DNA of 64,000 nt. It comes from Octopus vulgaris (Eukaryota). A model generated the notes under the pieces. That model ran no database searches and had not been told where the DNA came from. It worked only from the letters and a program-made list of their open reading frames with translations. Below, in pieces: positions 26,036-41,109 of the stretch; positions within the stretch are counted from its first letter, which is position 1, and the number at the start of each line of letters is the position of its first letter. The stretch spans positions 117,552,001-117,616,000 of the forward strand of contig OX597818.1 of NCBI GenBank assembly GCA_951406725.2, written 5' to 3'. The position numbers were made by a program, and so were the translations under genes.

Positions 26036-26585
26036 CGCAATTTTAAAAGGGAATGAAAGCAGTAAACCATGAAAAATCTTTACTTCAAGAAAACTTATAA
26101 TGAAAAGAGCAATATTGCAAATAATGTTCAGTATTTAGCATTCCTAATTGGTTGAATTATCTAAAGTAATCAAAAACACACGCGCGTGCACGTGCACGCA
26201 CTTGTACATACACACAAATGTATATGAATGTATATATGCAGATTGAAGGATAAATTGATAGATATATATGTTTCTATCTATATATGTATATAGTACAGAT
26301 GTCTATATGTATATGTATGTATTCTTCAATTAACATATTTTGTTTGAAGGAGCATTCCTACATAATTCCTATTTTATTAAATTACGCATAATTTGGTTGA
26401 AAGAATGTTTTTATGCAAGTATAGGCATTGGGGGCGTCCAAACTGTTAAACTATGGTGTATATTTCAGTAATATTTTAACATGCTCTGATAAAGAAGTTT
26501 CTGATGGCGGAACAAACAAACAGTGGTGAGACATATTAATTTCGTTAATCGAGGAAGCGGTTATGAATATGTATATGTGCAAATG

Positions 26586-26667
<82 letters not shown>

Positions 26668-26838
26668 TATATATATACACACACACACACACATATATAT
26701 ATATACATGTATATATATACATATATACATATATATGAATATATATATACATATATATACATGTATACACACACACATATACAAATACATATATATATTT
26801 TTCTGTCTATTTATCTATCCATAAATATATATATATAT

Positions 26839-27046
26839 AGTTAATCTAAATATGAAACACAAAGAGAAAACACAACAACGCGAGGACGTGGAACAAGTAT
26901 AGTGTTATTGCACGCTCAGGAAAGAAGGAAAGAAGGAGGGTTTACCGTTTCGAGCGGAGCTTTCGTCAGAAACATAGGAAAAGGAAAGATCCAAAGAAGG
27001 GAAGACAGGAGGAAAAAAATCGCCAACGGTACACACGCGGTCACAT
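26839..27046 (-). mobile_element. Short hammerhead-bearing repeat (family E) in (TA)n
   Basis: Colinear with 47834-48041. Contains a hammerhead motif at 26940-26973 (gttt-CTGACGA-aagctccgctc-GAAA-cggt-aaac). Confidence 0.75.
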
Positions 27047-27085
27047 TTTCAATATATATATCTAACGTTCCAGAATTGAAAATGT

Positions 27086-27121
27086 CTTTAACGTCTCGAG
27101 CCTACGCTCTTCCACAGAAAG
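27086..27121 (-). ncRNA. Decayed minimal hammerhead motif
   Basis: cttt-CTGTGGA-a-gag-cgtagg-ctc-GAGA-cgtt-aaag. Two core substitutions, so probably inactive. Confidence 0.45.
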
Positions 27122-27142
27122 GAAGGCAGAAAGAAAATATAT

Positions 27143-27243
<101 letters not shown>

Positions 27244-27632
27244 CCTTATATAACATACATATGTACATATATGCACACATTTAACTTTATATATATATGT
27301 GTGTGTCTGTGTGTGCGTGTGTGGGTGTAATACCCAATAACGCAGCTCTCATTCCTAGTTATCAATGCATTTATCTGTATAGCTACTAATCTTTTAGCAA
27401 TCTTTATAAATATCACTATCTCAATCTCAGCGTAGTATATTTATATTTGCGCACTTGCATACGTACCTATACACATACATATGCATATATATACTTATAT
27501 ATATATATATAAACAAACGTACACACATATATATATAATGTATTTGTAAATCTATCGATTTATGTACAAATATATAGAAGTGTGCGTATACGTCCATTAA
27601 TATATGCATACAGGTATACACACACACACACA

Positions 27633-27679
<47 letters not shown>

Positions 27680-27716
27680 GCAGATACATATATATACATA
27701 TATACATGCAGATACA

Positions 27717-27799
<83 letters not shown>

Positions 27800-28142
27800 C
27801 TGCATGTATGCAACAATGGATATATATGATGTACGTAGCTGGTAGTATTCGTATGACTACCTATACGGTAAATTCAGCCGATGGGAAAACAATTATTCAC
27901 ATGCGCTAGCGTTAAACTTACAGAAATTATTCGCTAGAGTAGAAGATGATAAAAAGAAAGAGAGTCAAATCTGAGCAACGGCAAGAAATGAACGGAACGA
28001 ATAAACAGAAAGAAAACAAGCGAATGAAATTATCAATTCCAGGATAGACCCTCTCAGATTCAGAGAGTTGCGATTCTACGTATATATTTATGCGTATAGC
28101 TGCATAGCTGCACATACATACATACATACATACATACATACA

Positions 28143-28207
<65 letters not shown>

Positions 28208-28310
28208 GTGGGTCATGGGTAAGAGTAGGTGGATGGTTAATAATAAAGAATGTATGATTTCAAGCGCAAAATAAACGGTAGTGAGTAGAGGCTAAAGAGA
28301 TATTACATAC

Positions 28311-28431
<121 letters not shown>

Positions 28432-28755
28432 ATATGTATATATATATATGCATAGATGCATACCTATATGTATATCTGATGTGTGGAGACTAGGCGATAG
28501 AATCTGATGTATTCATTTGATGTCGAATACAAAGAGGAAAAAGAGAAAAAAAAGAAGGAATTTTTCCTAAAATTCGATTATTCTGCTAACAGGATAATTA
28601 GCGTCCTAGAAATTTTTTTTCTCTCATTCACTTCTTGTCTCTTACGCATAGTCTTTCACTTACTCTCCTAGAATTATACCTATGTTCCGCTTCTTTTTTT
28701 ATATATCTGTACGAACTCAGACACACATAAGCATACAGACATATACACTTATATA

Positions 28756-28840
<85 letters not shown>

Positions 28841-29070
28841 TTATGTATATATATCAATCTATAAATTGCTATTTATTTCCCTTTGTATATATGTTTGTGT
28901 CTGTGTGTGTATGAGCATCTCAAACAGTGGAGGCACCGAAAGCAAGCAGAAAATGTGTGTAGTACACAGAGTCATTCTCGCTCCCCAGTGACGCTGTACT
29001 TCTATTATTTACATTGTTGTGTCTTTATGGTACATAAAAACATTCATGTAAACAATGCAACAGATGCATG

Positions 29071-29119
<49 letters not shown>

Positions 29120-29326
29120 CATATATACATATTATATATATATGTATACACACATACACAGACACACACACACACACACACACAGACACATATATATATA
29201 TATATATATAAGCACATGTCTACATGCAGGCGCATATGTATCTGTGTGGGTGTGTATGTATACACTTACGAGTAATTCTCTTACTTTCGCTTTCAGTTTT
29301 CTCTGTTTGCATGAGTAGGTGTATAT

Positions 29327-29382
<56 letters not shown>

Positions 29383-29816
29383 AGGTTGTGTAAGTATGTA
29401 TGTATAGCTGTATGTATAAGTGTAAGCATGCACCATATTATTTTATCACCGGAACCACCCACCGATACAAATATCAGTATATATATACATATATACATTT
29501 ATAGAAACTCGCGCGTGCTTGCGGCCCCATACTCAGACTCGACGTCTCTAGCACCTTCCTGGCTTTGTATTTATATTTTTCTTTTAATTTATTGCTTTCA
29601 TTACATCACCGTCTCTCATCATACTTATCGTTTCTTTGTCATTTTCCCACACATTTCCTATCTATTTTCCCCTTCTCAACAACATACACAAACGCAACAT
29701 TGTGCATACACATACAATCACACACCGTCTCGCACAAATAAGCATACAGAATATCCTACACAAAATTTGTCTGTAAGTATGTCTACTACACATATATATG
29801 AATGTGTATATATGTG

Positions 29817-29848
<32 letters not shown>

Positions 29849-30284
29849 TATGTACGTTAGCCCATATGTGTGCCAGTACGCACGCGTTTATATGTTTAAA
29901 GTATATACGTATCTTTGACGTTATTTGCTTTCCCGCGGCGCAGTCACTTCCTAAAAAAACCTATACAACTTTAAAGCCAGTCGCAAATGTGATGTTGAGA
30001 CTTTAATGTTGGCGAATAGGATTTGAGTCTTTCTTTCTCACTTCCTGAAATGGTGCCATTTCAATAACATGCCATTTAGAGTACGTTAGAGATATACGTA
30101 TGATCAGCACTGTTTGCTTCTCTATCGGTAAAGCAACGGATAATATTTCTGACTTTTTTTTTTGTTTTTTATTTTTGTGTTTTGCCTGGTTTTCATCTTT
30201 CTTACTCTGTTGATAAAAACGCCTCTCCACTGTTTGCACACAAATATTAAACATTATACACGCATACTCACATATATGTATACG

Positions 30285-30363
<79 letters not shown>

Positions 30364-30422
30364 ATGTGTGTATGTATATATATATATGTGTGTGTGTGTG
30401 TATATGTATATATATATATATG

Positions 30423-30475
<53 letters not shown>

Positions 30476-30499
30476 ATATATGTATATGTATGTATATGT

Positions 30500-30533
<34 letters not shown>

Positions 30534-31162
30534 ATATGTATAAAGTAAAGTGAACATATACAAATATGGCTTCATACATGTAAATATTTATATGTAACTA
30601 TAAGAATACGTATATTTCGTTCAATCCAGCTTCTATCTGTCTGTCTGTCTCTATCTCTGTCCCTCTCGCTATATATGTGCGCGCGCGTGTGTGTGTATGT
30701 GTATACACTTACGCATACATAGTTACGTTTATGTATGTCTGTCTGTCTGTATGTATGCATGTATATATGTATGTATGTATATATGTATGTATGTATATAT
30801 GTATGTATCTATCTACAAGAAATTTCAGAGAAGCGGTTATGTCGATTTTATTGACCGTAGTGCTCAAGTGGTATTTATATTGTCAATCGGCGTCATTTTA
30901 AACTCAGGACATAAGGACAGCCGAAAGGCCGCTATGCAATTTGTCCTGCGTGGACACGATTCTACCTGCTCGCCACCTATTTATGAAACACACATACAAC
31001 AGTCACCAAAAAAGTGAGAACTCAATGCTTGTTGGTAGAACACAAATTATATGTTATTAGTCACAATTGAATGCGACATATTCTCAATAAGACTTGAAGT
31101 TCGACGAAATAAACAGGTAATGTGGTCTGAGTTTTATTTTTCAAGTAGTTTTATCGTATAAA

Positions 31163-31549
31163 CTATCAGTATCGCCCGGCGTTGCTCGGGTTTGTAAGGG
31201 AAATAACTATAAAGCATTTTTAGAGAGTTATAGCCAAAAAATAGCAAAAAATGCATTAAAAATGGAAAAAATATGATGGTAATTTTTTTTTAAATCGTTG
31301 ACTCATCGTAGACATCTTTAGAGAGTTACTTCCCTTTAAAAAAATATGCATTAAAATGGAAAAAATGATGGTAAATTATTTTTAAAATCGAAGACTCGTC
31401 GTAGACGCGCGCTGATACACAGAAGGGCTCGATATGAATCACGACTATAAGATACTCGGTTTTGGTTAAACTGTACCGCAAAATGTGGCAGTAGTTAGGA
31501 ATCTAAATCGGAGTAGACAGACACACAACCTTACTTTTATATATAAAGC
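31163..31549 (-). mobile_element. Non-autonomous Helitron (same 3' terminus as 13739-14132, different interior)
   Basis: Plus strand CAGTATCGCCCGGCGTTGCTCGGGTTTG is the reverse complement of 14101-14128. The opposite end resembles T.TATATATAAAAGT.AGGTTGTGTGTCTG. Confidence 0.75.
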
Positions 31550-31565
31550 TATCAAACCATTTAGA

Positions 31566-32709
<1,144 letters not shown>

Positions 32710-33086
32710 AATGTAGCGACTTGTAGCTTACTGTGCTGTCTGTGTGTCATTGTGTAAACGATAGGAATACGAAACATAATTGCTTACATGCAAAAGGATA
32801 AAACCCACTTCTGTTTATCAGTTATAGTTTTTATTAAAATATCTGTTTGGAGATGTCGTGTGTTTGTAGTTAGATATTGATATCTAACTAGTTAGTTAAG
32901 AAAAAAATTATTGAGATATGGGAACTACAACCAAAGAATGTGTTATTGTGTTTATGACAGAGGTAAATTAAAGACCAATCCATTGTTCGGAGTGAAATAA
33001 ACCAACGCCCGTGAAAATATTAAAACTACGTCCATGTCGTATAGTTACTTCTTCCTCTAATTTAGTATGATTGGTGTATGGAAGGC

Positions 33087-33246
33087 AGTTCAAATTCCGC
33101 CGAGGTCGACTTTGCCTTTCATCCTTTCGGGGTCGATAAATTAAGTACCAGTTACGAACTGGGGTCGATATAATCGACTTAATACCTATGTCTGTCCTTG
33201 TTTGTTCCCTCTGTGTTTAGCCCCTTGTGGGTAATAAAGAAATAGG
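33087..33246 (+). mobile_element. SINE family B, 5' truncated, with apparent target-site duplication GGTGTATGGAAGGCAG
   Basis: Central domain and tail are present. GGTGTATGGAAGGCAG occurs immediately before (33073) and after (33245) the copy. Confidence 0.85.
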
Positions 33247-33550
33247 TGTATGGAAGGCAGAAGCAGGCCAAAATGTAGGTCAAAAGAACATGGATATGCA
33301 CTGTTGCACAATCGACACTGCGTTTTAATGAAAGAGGAGGAGATTGCTGCAGTGCAAAATGTATGTATGTATGCATGTATGTATCTATGTGTGTGTATGC
33401 ATGGATACATGTATGAATATATGAATATATGTATGTATGTATTTATACATAAGCACGCACAAGGCCACGCACTTACTAAAAAATGAGTATATGTGAGTGT
33501 GTATATACAAACATACATGTACTCTATGTATGTGTGCGTGTGTGTGGAGT

Positions 33551-33872
33551 GAAGGTGCGTGGCTTAATGGTTAGGGCATTCGGCTCACGAGCGTAAGGTC
33601 GTGAGTTCAATTCCCGGCGACACGTTGTGTCCTTGAGCAAGACACTTTATTTCACGTTACTCCAGTCCAGTCAGCTGGCAAAATTTGAGTAGTACCTGTA
33701 TTTCGAAGGGCCAGCCTTGTCATACTCTGTGTCTCGCTGAATCTTCCCGAGAACTACGTTAAGGGTACACATGCCTGTGGAATGCTCAGCCACTTGCACG
33801 TCAATTTCACGAGCAAGCTGCTCCGTTGATCGTATCAGCTGGGACCCACGTCGTCCTAACCGACGGAGTGCT
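33551..33872 (+). mobile_element. SINE family C (tRNA head + CORE-like GTGTCCTTGAGCAAGACACTT) with tail X
   Basis: A box TGGCTTAATGG and B box GAGTTCAATTCC. Colinear with 53578-53899. Confidence 0.9.
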
Positions 33873-34192
33873 CCTTTGTATGAGTGTGGGTGTGTGTGCG
33901 TAGATGTATAACATACCACGCGCTAATATAGTGATGCTCATGCTTTGGGTCATAACAGCTTGTTTGGTCGTGTTCCGCGCTAGATAGGAAGAGCATAATG
34001 GTGTCCCGTTCATATAAGAATATGTAATAGCAGTCGATTATACGCCAAGAAAATCGAACTAAGTTCCCCTTCCTAATGAGACTGTTCGTGACAATCGACG
34101 CTATATATGTCTGTGATGGCTGACAGATTACACCTATTCAGCTGTACAATATACATGTAGAGTAAAGAGAGTCCTACATCTTAAAGACGGGT

Positions 34193-34717
34193 CTTTTACT
34201 CTTTTACTCTTTTACTTGTTTCAGTCATTTGACTGCGGCCATGCTGGAGCACCGCCTTTAGTCGAGCAAATCGACCGCGGGACTTATTCTTTGTAAGCCC
34301 AGTACTTATTGTATCTGTCTCTTTTGCCGAACCGCTAGGTGACGGGGACGTAAACACACCAGCATCGGTTGTCAAGCAATGCTAGGGGGACAAACACACA
34401 CATACATATACATATATAACATATATATACATATATACGACAGGCTTCTTTTAGTTTCCGTCTACCAGGGAGTGGTGGAGAACTCTGCTGTACTCTTTCA
34501 CCGCAACTTCCTCTCACTGTTTCTTTCTGTTGTACCTGTATTTCGAAAGGGACATCCTTGTCACACTGTGGGTCACGCTGAACCTCTCCGAGAACTACGT
34601 TAAGAGTACACGTGTCTGTGGAATGCACAAACACTTGCACGTTAATTTCACGAGCAGGCAATTCCGTTGATCGGATGATGAACTGGAACTCTCGTCGTCT
34701 TAACCGACGGAGTGCCA
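34193..34717. mobile_element. Back-to-back fusion of family A 3' half (34193-34467, minus) and family D 3' half (34468-34717, plus)
   Basis: Abrupt switch at ..CCGTCTACCA|GGGAGTGGTGGAGAAC. Both heads are missing. Confidence 0.8.
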
Positions 34718-35104
34718 CGATATCTCAATGTAATCACAGTGGAAGTGCTTTCTAATTTTCATGGACACCAAAGTAAATATGTCATATAAGATATTTTGCT
34801 AAAATGATTTTCTGCAAATTATGTATTCATTCCCAAATAACATATAAGATAAACGATTGCATGGAATTGATAAATCTTCATTCATATCTGTTCAAGATTT
34901 TCAATTTAAAAAATAATACTATCGATGATGGTCTGTTGCACGAAAAGTCGGATTTCGCAACTCCTTACGCAATCTAACAAAGTGAAATTTATTTTCACTT
35001 TAGAACTTACACGGTTATAAATACGTTTCTAATATCATATCGTTTGGGATACAATTACATACAAAAAGTTATACATAAATACCAAATGACACAAGCACAA
35101 ATGA

Positions 35105-35150
<46 letters not shown>

Positions 35151-35679
35151 GGACACACACACACATAAGCACACGCGTTTATACTCAAACGAACGCGCAA
35201 ACGTAATATCTCTGTATTTATATCTACGCACACGTATACATATATGTATTAACTCACACCAACATACACGTTAAGCTTTTTATGTATATTCACATGTGTG
35301 GGAGTGTGGGGGTGTCTTTGTATGCGTAAATATGATAGTTGTATATGAGATTTCAGTGTACTTGAGTTTTTATTAATGAGGTTAAACATGGTAAAAATGT
35401 TTGGCTGATTAAGCAGTTTCTGTTTCAAAAATTCTTTACCGGATTAACTTCGACAAAAGTTTCTTTCTTTCTTTCTTTGTATATTTATTTTTCCTTTCTT
35501 TTTATGTATTTTAGCACCGTGTCTATATTTCTAGAACGCGTCTGTGATAAGTGACATTAAAATTTGCATATTCGTTTCTTTCTGTTTTAAGACTTAGTAT
35601 GTGTGCACTACATCTTCTAATATGACCTTACACAAAATTTTAAAACAATAAAATACCAAAACAAAACAACGCAAAACAG

Positions 35680-36104
35680 GGATCTTCACGGTTTGAACGG
35701 CATTTTTAAAAAATAATTTCCACGTAACTAAGCCCTTTTAAACTTCGTATACTGGTAGAATGTATTTATAAAACATCTTTTTCTCTTGGCTTTATTGAGA
35801 AAATTCTATAGTGTGTAAGATATTTGTTGTTCTTTTTCTTCAATTTCTGCAATTTCAACGAATCACTGACGTGTATTGAGGTATAATAACATTTTGTGCC
35901 GCATGAATATGTCTCTCGTTTAAGGAACAGATTGGGTTTATTTACATTTGTGAAGAAAAAAGATACCCTTCCCCCCACCCCGCACCCCGCACCCTTACCC
36001 TAAAACAGATTGAAATGACATAGATCGATACTAGGGTCATAATTATGGGTGACAATTTCATATGGCACCGCTAGAAAAAACTGCCGTTCAAACCGAAAAG
36101 ATCC
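35680..36104. mobile_element. MITE with ~23-bp terminal inverted repeats
   Basis: GGATCTTCACGGTTTGAACGGCA ... TGCCGTTCAAACCGAAAAGATCC. No coding capacity, and no clear TSD. Confidence 0.75.
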
Positions 36105-36703
36105 TGCCTTTATACTAAAATAACAAAAAAAGAACCAAAAAATTAAACAAAGCAAAACTGGATTATATTATTGTTTGTGATATTTAGCTGCCATATCTAG
36201 CAGGTCGAATGAGAGCGTCAAGACCTCCTTTGCTGGTTCGTTTATGTGTTTGTTCATTCATGTGTGTGCGTGTGTGTGTGCGTATTATTTGACTTTCTTG
36301 TTTTCAGAGTGCGGAAGTAAAAATTTAAATTTCAGCATAGAACATCAAAACATGTTTCTATATAAATGAATATTAAGTTACATGTGACCTTTAAAAAACA
36401 TTAAAAAAACATTTCTATAATAAAATATTATAGTGTATCCTATTTGATAGGTGGCAACTAGTAATAATTAGTAAGAGGCTATGTAATCAAAATAAGCAAA
36501 ACTCGAATAAGGTCAAGGCGACACATTTTGTTTAAGAAAAAACTCTGTAAAGTTGAGTAAGGAACGATACAACCGGAAATTGCTCTTTAGTTAGATCGAC
36601 TCTGAACTAGACGTGAATTTTCCTGCTTTTGATTCCTCTACGAACTTGTACATGAATATATTTGTATGTATTTTTGTTTATATAATATATGTCTGTGTGC
36701 AGA

Positions 36704-36940
36704 AGCACGCCGGGCAAAATGCTTACCGGCATTTCGCCTGCCGTGATGTTCTGAGTTCAAATTCCGCCGAGGTTGACTTTGCCTTTCATCCTTTCGGGGT
36801 CGATAAATTAAGTATCAATTACGCACTGGGGTTGATGTACTCAACTTAAATCCTTTGTCTGTCCTTGCTTGTCCCCTATGTTTAGCCCCTAGTGGGCAAT
36901 AAAGAAATAAGAAACGTTAGATCGCCGGGCGAAATGCTTA
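36704..36940 (+). mobile_element. SINE family B
   Basis: AGCACGCCGGGCAAAATGC..GAGTTCAAATTCCGCCGAGGTTGACTTTGCCTTTCATCC. Confidence 0.85.
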
Positions 36941-36978
36941 AAACATAATATATTCTTGTGAAAATAATATATGTGTGT

Positions 36979-37248
36979 GGATACGCAATGGCCCAGTAGT
37001 TAGGACAACAGTTGTAGGTTCGCGGTTTCAATTCCCAGGCCAGGTGTTGTGAGTGTTTATTGAGCGAAAACACTTAAAGCGCCAAGAGGCTCCGGCAGGG
37101 AGTGGTGGAGAACCCTGCTGTACTCTTTCATCACAACTTTCTCTCACTCTTTCTCTATGTATCTGTTGTACCTGAATTTCAAAGGGCCAGCCTTGTCACA
37201 CTCTGTGTCACGCTGAAACTCCCCTAGAACTACTTTAAGGGTATACAT
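36979..37248 (+). mobile_element. SINE family D with tail X, 3' truncated
   Basis: CGCAATGGCCCAGTAGTTAGGACA head. Matches the reverse complement of 10900-11171. Confidence 0.8.
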
Positions 37249-37252
37249 GATT

Positions 37253-37400
37253 AATGTTGCTGTAAGTTTAGCCCCAGGAGACATCGTCTCCAGCTGGCTA
37301 TACGACACTGTCTGTGTCCTTATATTTTCTAATAAGGACACAGATCGTGTTTATAGCCAGCTGGAGACGATGTCTCCAGGGACTAAATTATTGCAACATT
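37253..37400. repeat. Palindrome with ~70-bp arms built from the structured terminal motif
   Basis: AATGTTGC..TAGCCCCAGGAGACATCGTCTCCAGCTGGCTATA..TCTGTGTCCTTAT followed by its imperfect reverse complement. Confidence 0.85.
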
Positions 37401-38683
37401 CGTCCTAAACCAATCTTTACTACAAAGTGCTGTTACTGAATAACTCTCGTTGTGAGATTTAAAAATAGTAATTTTATCAAAATTCAAACTCTCATATAAA
37501 GCTCGAGCTGTTTTCTTTTGTCATAATGATGAAGAGTAAACAGAGATTGGAACTCTTGGAAAATAATATGTTACTGAAAACTTCGCGACTAAAGCCAATT
37601 GCGAAATACTTTGTACAGCCTTGTTGATATTACGTTGTTTGAAGAATGCGCCATATTTGAATACATTATTTATTAGGTATAGCATTTTGTTATTATATAT
37701 GGTATTTCTTTTGTCGATGTTTATTTCCAGTTCAACCTTCATCAAAATAAATAGTGATAAATCGCGTTCCTTCGTGCACATGTTCATTTATTATTGATCT
37801 GACTGTGACTGACCAGGCATCAATATGAAATTTGCTTGTTAAATTTTATAAACAAGAGTTGGTATTCTTACGTTTAGCTTCATTGATTCGAAGATATATG
37901 TAACAGAAGAGATACAGCCAGGTGGGAACCTTTCTGTTTAAATTCACGTTATGTCAATGAATCGGTGTTGTTGCCAACACGCATCATCTAAGAAGAGTTC
38001 ACCGAATGTGAACTTAAATATCGAATAACATATTCGAGTTTGAATCTACCCAAATGTTTTAATAACAAGTAGGTACGCCAACGTATTAAAACCTCTTTTT
38101 TCCCCTCTGTGGAGGACAATTTATTTCTCTATTCTAATAAGACGATAGGCAGTAATTTCGGAAGATTAGGTTGCTCTTTCTGGTGTATGCAGCGACCATT
38201 TCCAATATTCCTTTGCAAGAAGATTACACTAATTGCGAGATGGCAGAACACTAACGATAGGTTAACGTCGATTAAAACTCTAAAAAAATGTCGACCACAC
38301 TATTTCGGATTATACGGAAATTGCAATTTATAAAAATGCTGTGCAAAAAAAAAAAAAAGAATGCTGGAACAATATTAAGAACATTAAGCTCTCTGTTCTT
38401 AATCTGGAGATCATTTACTTCAGCACTTATTCCACTTCATCAGTTAAACAAATTCACATTTAATAAGCCCCAGGCTCGCAGTTCCTTACATTTAATTACA
38501 GCAGTCTGTATTATGTTGTTTCTCTTGCAGATTTCTGCATGAAAGCTTATGAATAAAAATACACTATGACAATACTACACACAGTCACACACACGCACGT
38601 ACGCATGCGCGCACACACACAAGTAAACACGCACGCACACAAAAATACTTATATATGTGTATCTATATATACATATACATGTG

Positions 38684-38715
<32 letters not shown>

Positions 38716-38838
38716 CATATATATATATATATATACTTACATATAGGCATGCATATATGCATACGTGTATATGTGTACATATATATATACATACATACAT
38801 GCATATATATATATATATACATATGTGTATATCTATCC

Positions 38839-38891
<53 letters not shown>

Positions 38892-39851
38892 TATATATAT
38901 GTATGTATATGTGGAGTGCTATTTCCTTTTGCGGTGTATTTACCCACCCTTCGATAAGTAATTACCCCTATACACGTGAATACGTCATTAACAATTCAAT
39001 TAATACAAGCGAATTTAGCTCTTATTGGCCATACATCTCGTGTACTTGTATTAAGAAAGATTTATTTCACATTATGTCAATCAGCTCGTCCTGCAGTATG
39101 AAATTATTGTAGCACATCACAACTATATCAGGTACATTTAATTTTTTTTTTTTTTACACCTTCCTCATCATACCTTCGATCAATAATCTCTACGTAGATT
39201 CTGGACCACGTAAAATTAGCAGCCAAAATCACCCTTAAATCACGCCTACTCTTAATCCGTATCAAAATCTTCATTTTAGGCCTGTTAAGATATAACATTT
39301 ACCATATTGATTTCGTAAATTGATAACATTTTCTTGTTTTTGCAGAGTGAATAAGTGAAGAAGACTCTGCCTATTAAAATCACATCAATTTTTTTCTTTT
39401 CTTCAGAAAATATCGCCGTAATTAATTTTTCCTTTGCCTTCATTCTCAATTAATATTTTCATGATTTTGTTTTTCTGTTTTTCGTTCTACTGTGTCAAAC
39501 GTCATTATTTGGTGTCGAGTATTTCAAAATAGAATATGGCATTATTTTTTTCATGATACTACCTTATCTTCTATTTAACAACTAATTTAATTAAGGTCTT
39601 AGTTTTCCTCTTGTACATGTCTATTTTGAACAAGTTTCTTTCCAATAAAATTACCATTTAAGATTGAACGCTGTTGTTGTATTAAAGTTACATACTTATT
39701 ATACTGCTTCGCTTGTACTTACATCTTCTCTGTGTCATCACACACAATCATTCTTGTGAGACTCAATTTCCATACAAATTGATTTAGTTTTCTATTTCCA
39801 ATGATATTGTCGCTTACCTCATTTATCATTATACATGTGGTTGTCGTTATG

Positions 39852-39932
<81 letters not shown>

Positions 39933-40098
39933 GTGTATGTATGTATGTATATATGTATGTATATATATCAAAATAGTGTTAGAGATAGAAACACCCACAA
40001 CTTCATCAACTCCGAACGGTATTAACTCAAACAAGCCATAAAACATTAAATAAAAAAATACTATTTCTATTCATAATCCCAAAATTTCCCATATTACG

Positions 40099-40193
40099 GA
40101 CTACACGTGTTTCATGAGGGTACGTATGGTATTGTTAAGACATAAAGTCTCATTCAAAACTCATTATGTTTATGCACTCTCAATCGTCAGGTC
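40099..40193 (-). ncRNA. Type-I hammerhead motif with extended stem II
   Basis: gac-CTGACGA-ttgagagtgcata[long loop]tacgtaccctcat-GAAA-cacgtg-TA-gtc. Intact core, palindromic stem III ACACGTGT, GUA triplet; first stem II pair mismatched. Confidence 0.7.
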
Positions 40194-40323
40194 TACTTTC
40201 CCCACATTTATAAATATAACTACTCCTTATATATCACTATGTTTGTCAAAATTAATTACAAATTAATATACAAAGTATAAATAAGTAAATAAATAATGTT
40301 AATTCGCTCTCTATATATATATT

Positions 40324-41109
40324 CTAGCTGCGGGACTCGCAGTTGTACATGTTTTCCGTATTGAAGTTAAGCCCACCTCTGACCTTGTATTGAAATCTCC
40401 TACGTTCCCCTTGCCAACTATTACCCATTAAGATGTTATATCTGATTCGGCAGGGATTTTACCTGGTTAACGCTTTTGACATACTCCTATATATTGGACC
40501 GTCTGAAATTGCAAACAAATTTTGGGGTGTACCTCGATCCGTGAGAGTGATGTTTGTTTATTTCTCTCCCATTAATGCCATCCTCTGTATCAGATTGATC
40601 AGTGTGTCGAATCTCAGCAAATTATGAAGAGAAGTGTAAAGGTTGTAGCATAAAATAGAATCCATATGGCCATTTACATGAAAATATACAAGTTATGGCC
40701 AAAAATATATTTCCGCGGTGTATTTGCACGCAACACGCCTATTGATTTTATAAAACACCTGCTCAGGCGCAAGTACCGATCTTTTGTCAACAGTATATAC
40801 TGACATCAGCTCCTTGCCAAGAGTCTCGCTCATTCATCGATTTTCATGAAAATCAGACAAAAAATGTAAAAGCTGCAGGAAAAATAACATCGTTATGGGA
40901 ATTTCCATTCAAGCGCCCGATTGAGCTCACAAAAATCTATGCCAACTGAGTATTATCGAGTTTTCGAAAAACTCCGGCCTTATTTGAACTTCAGGGTATG
41001 TGATCTACCTATGTGCCAAATATCATTAAAATCGGTTGGACAGTGTGGGGGAGTTACAGTAAACCAAAACACACACAGACAGACACCATTACATATTTAT
41101 GTATATAGA
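40324..41109 (-). mobile_element. Non-autonomous Helitron-like element
   Basis: Minus strand starts A|TCTATATACATAAAT..GTCTGTCTGTGTG and ends with hairpin CTGCG-AGTCC-CGCAG plus CTAG. Confidence 0.6.
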
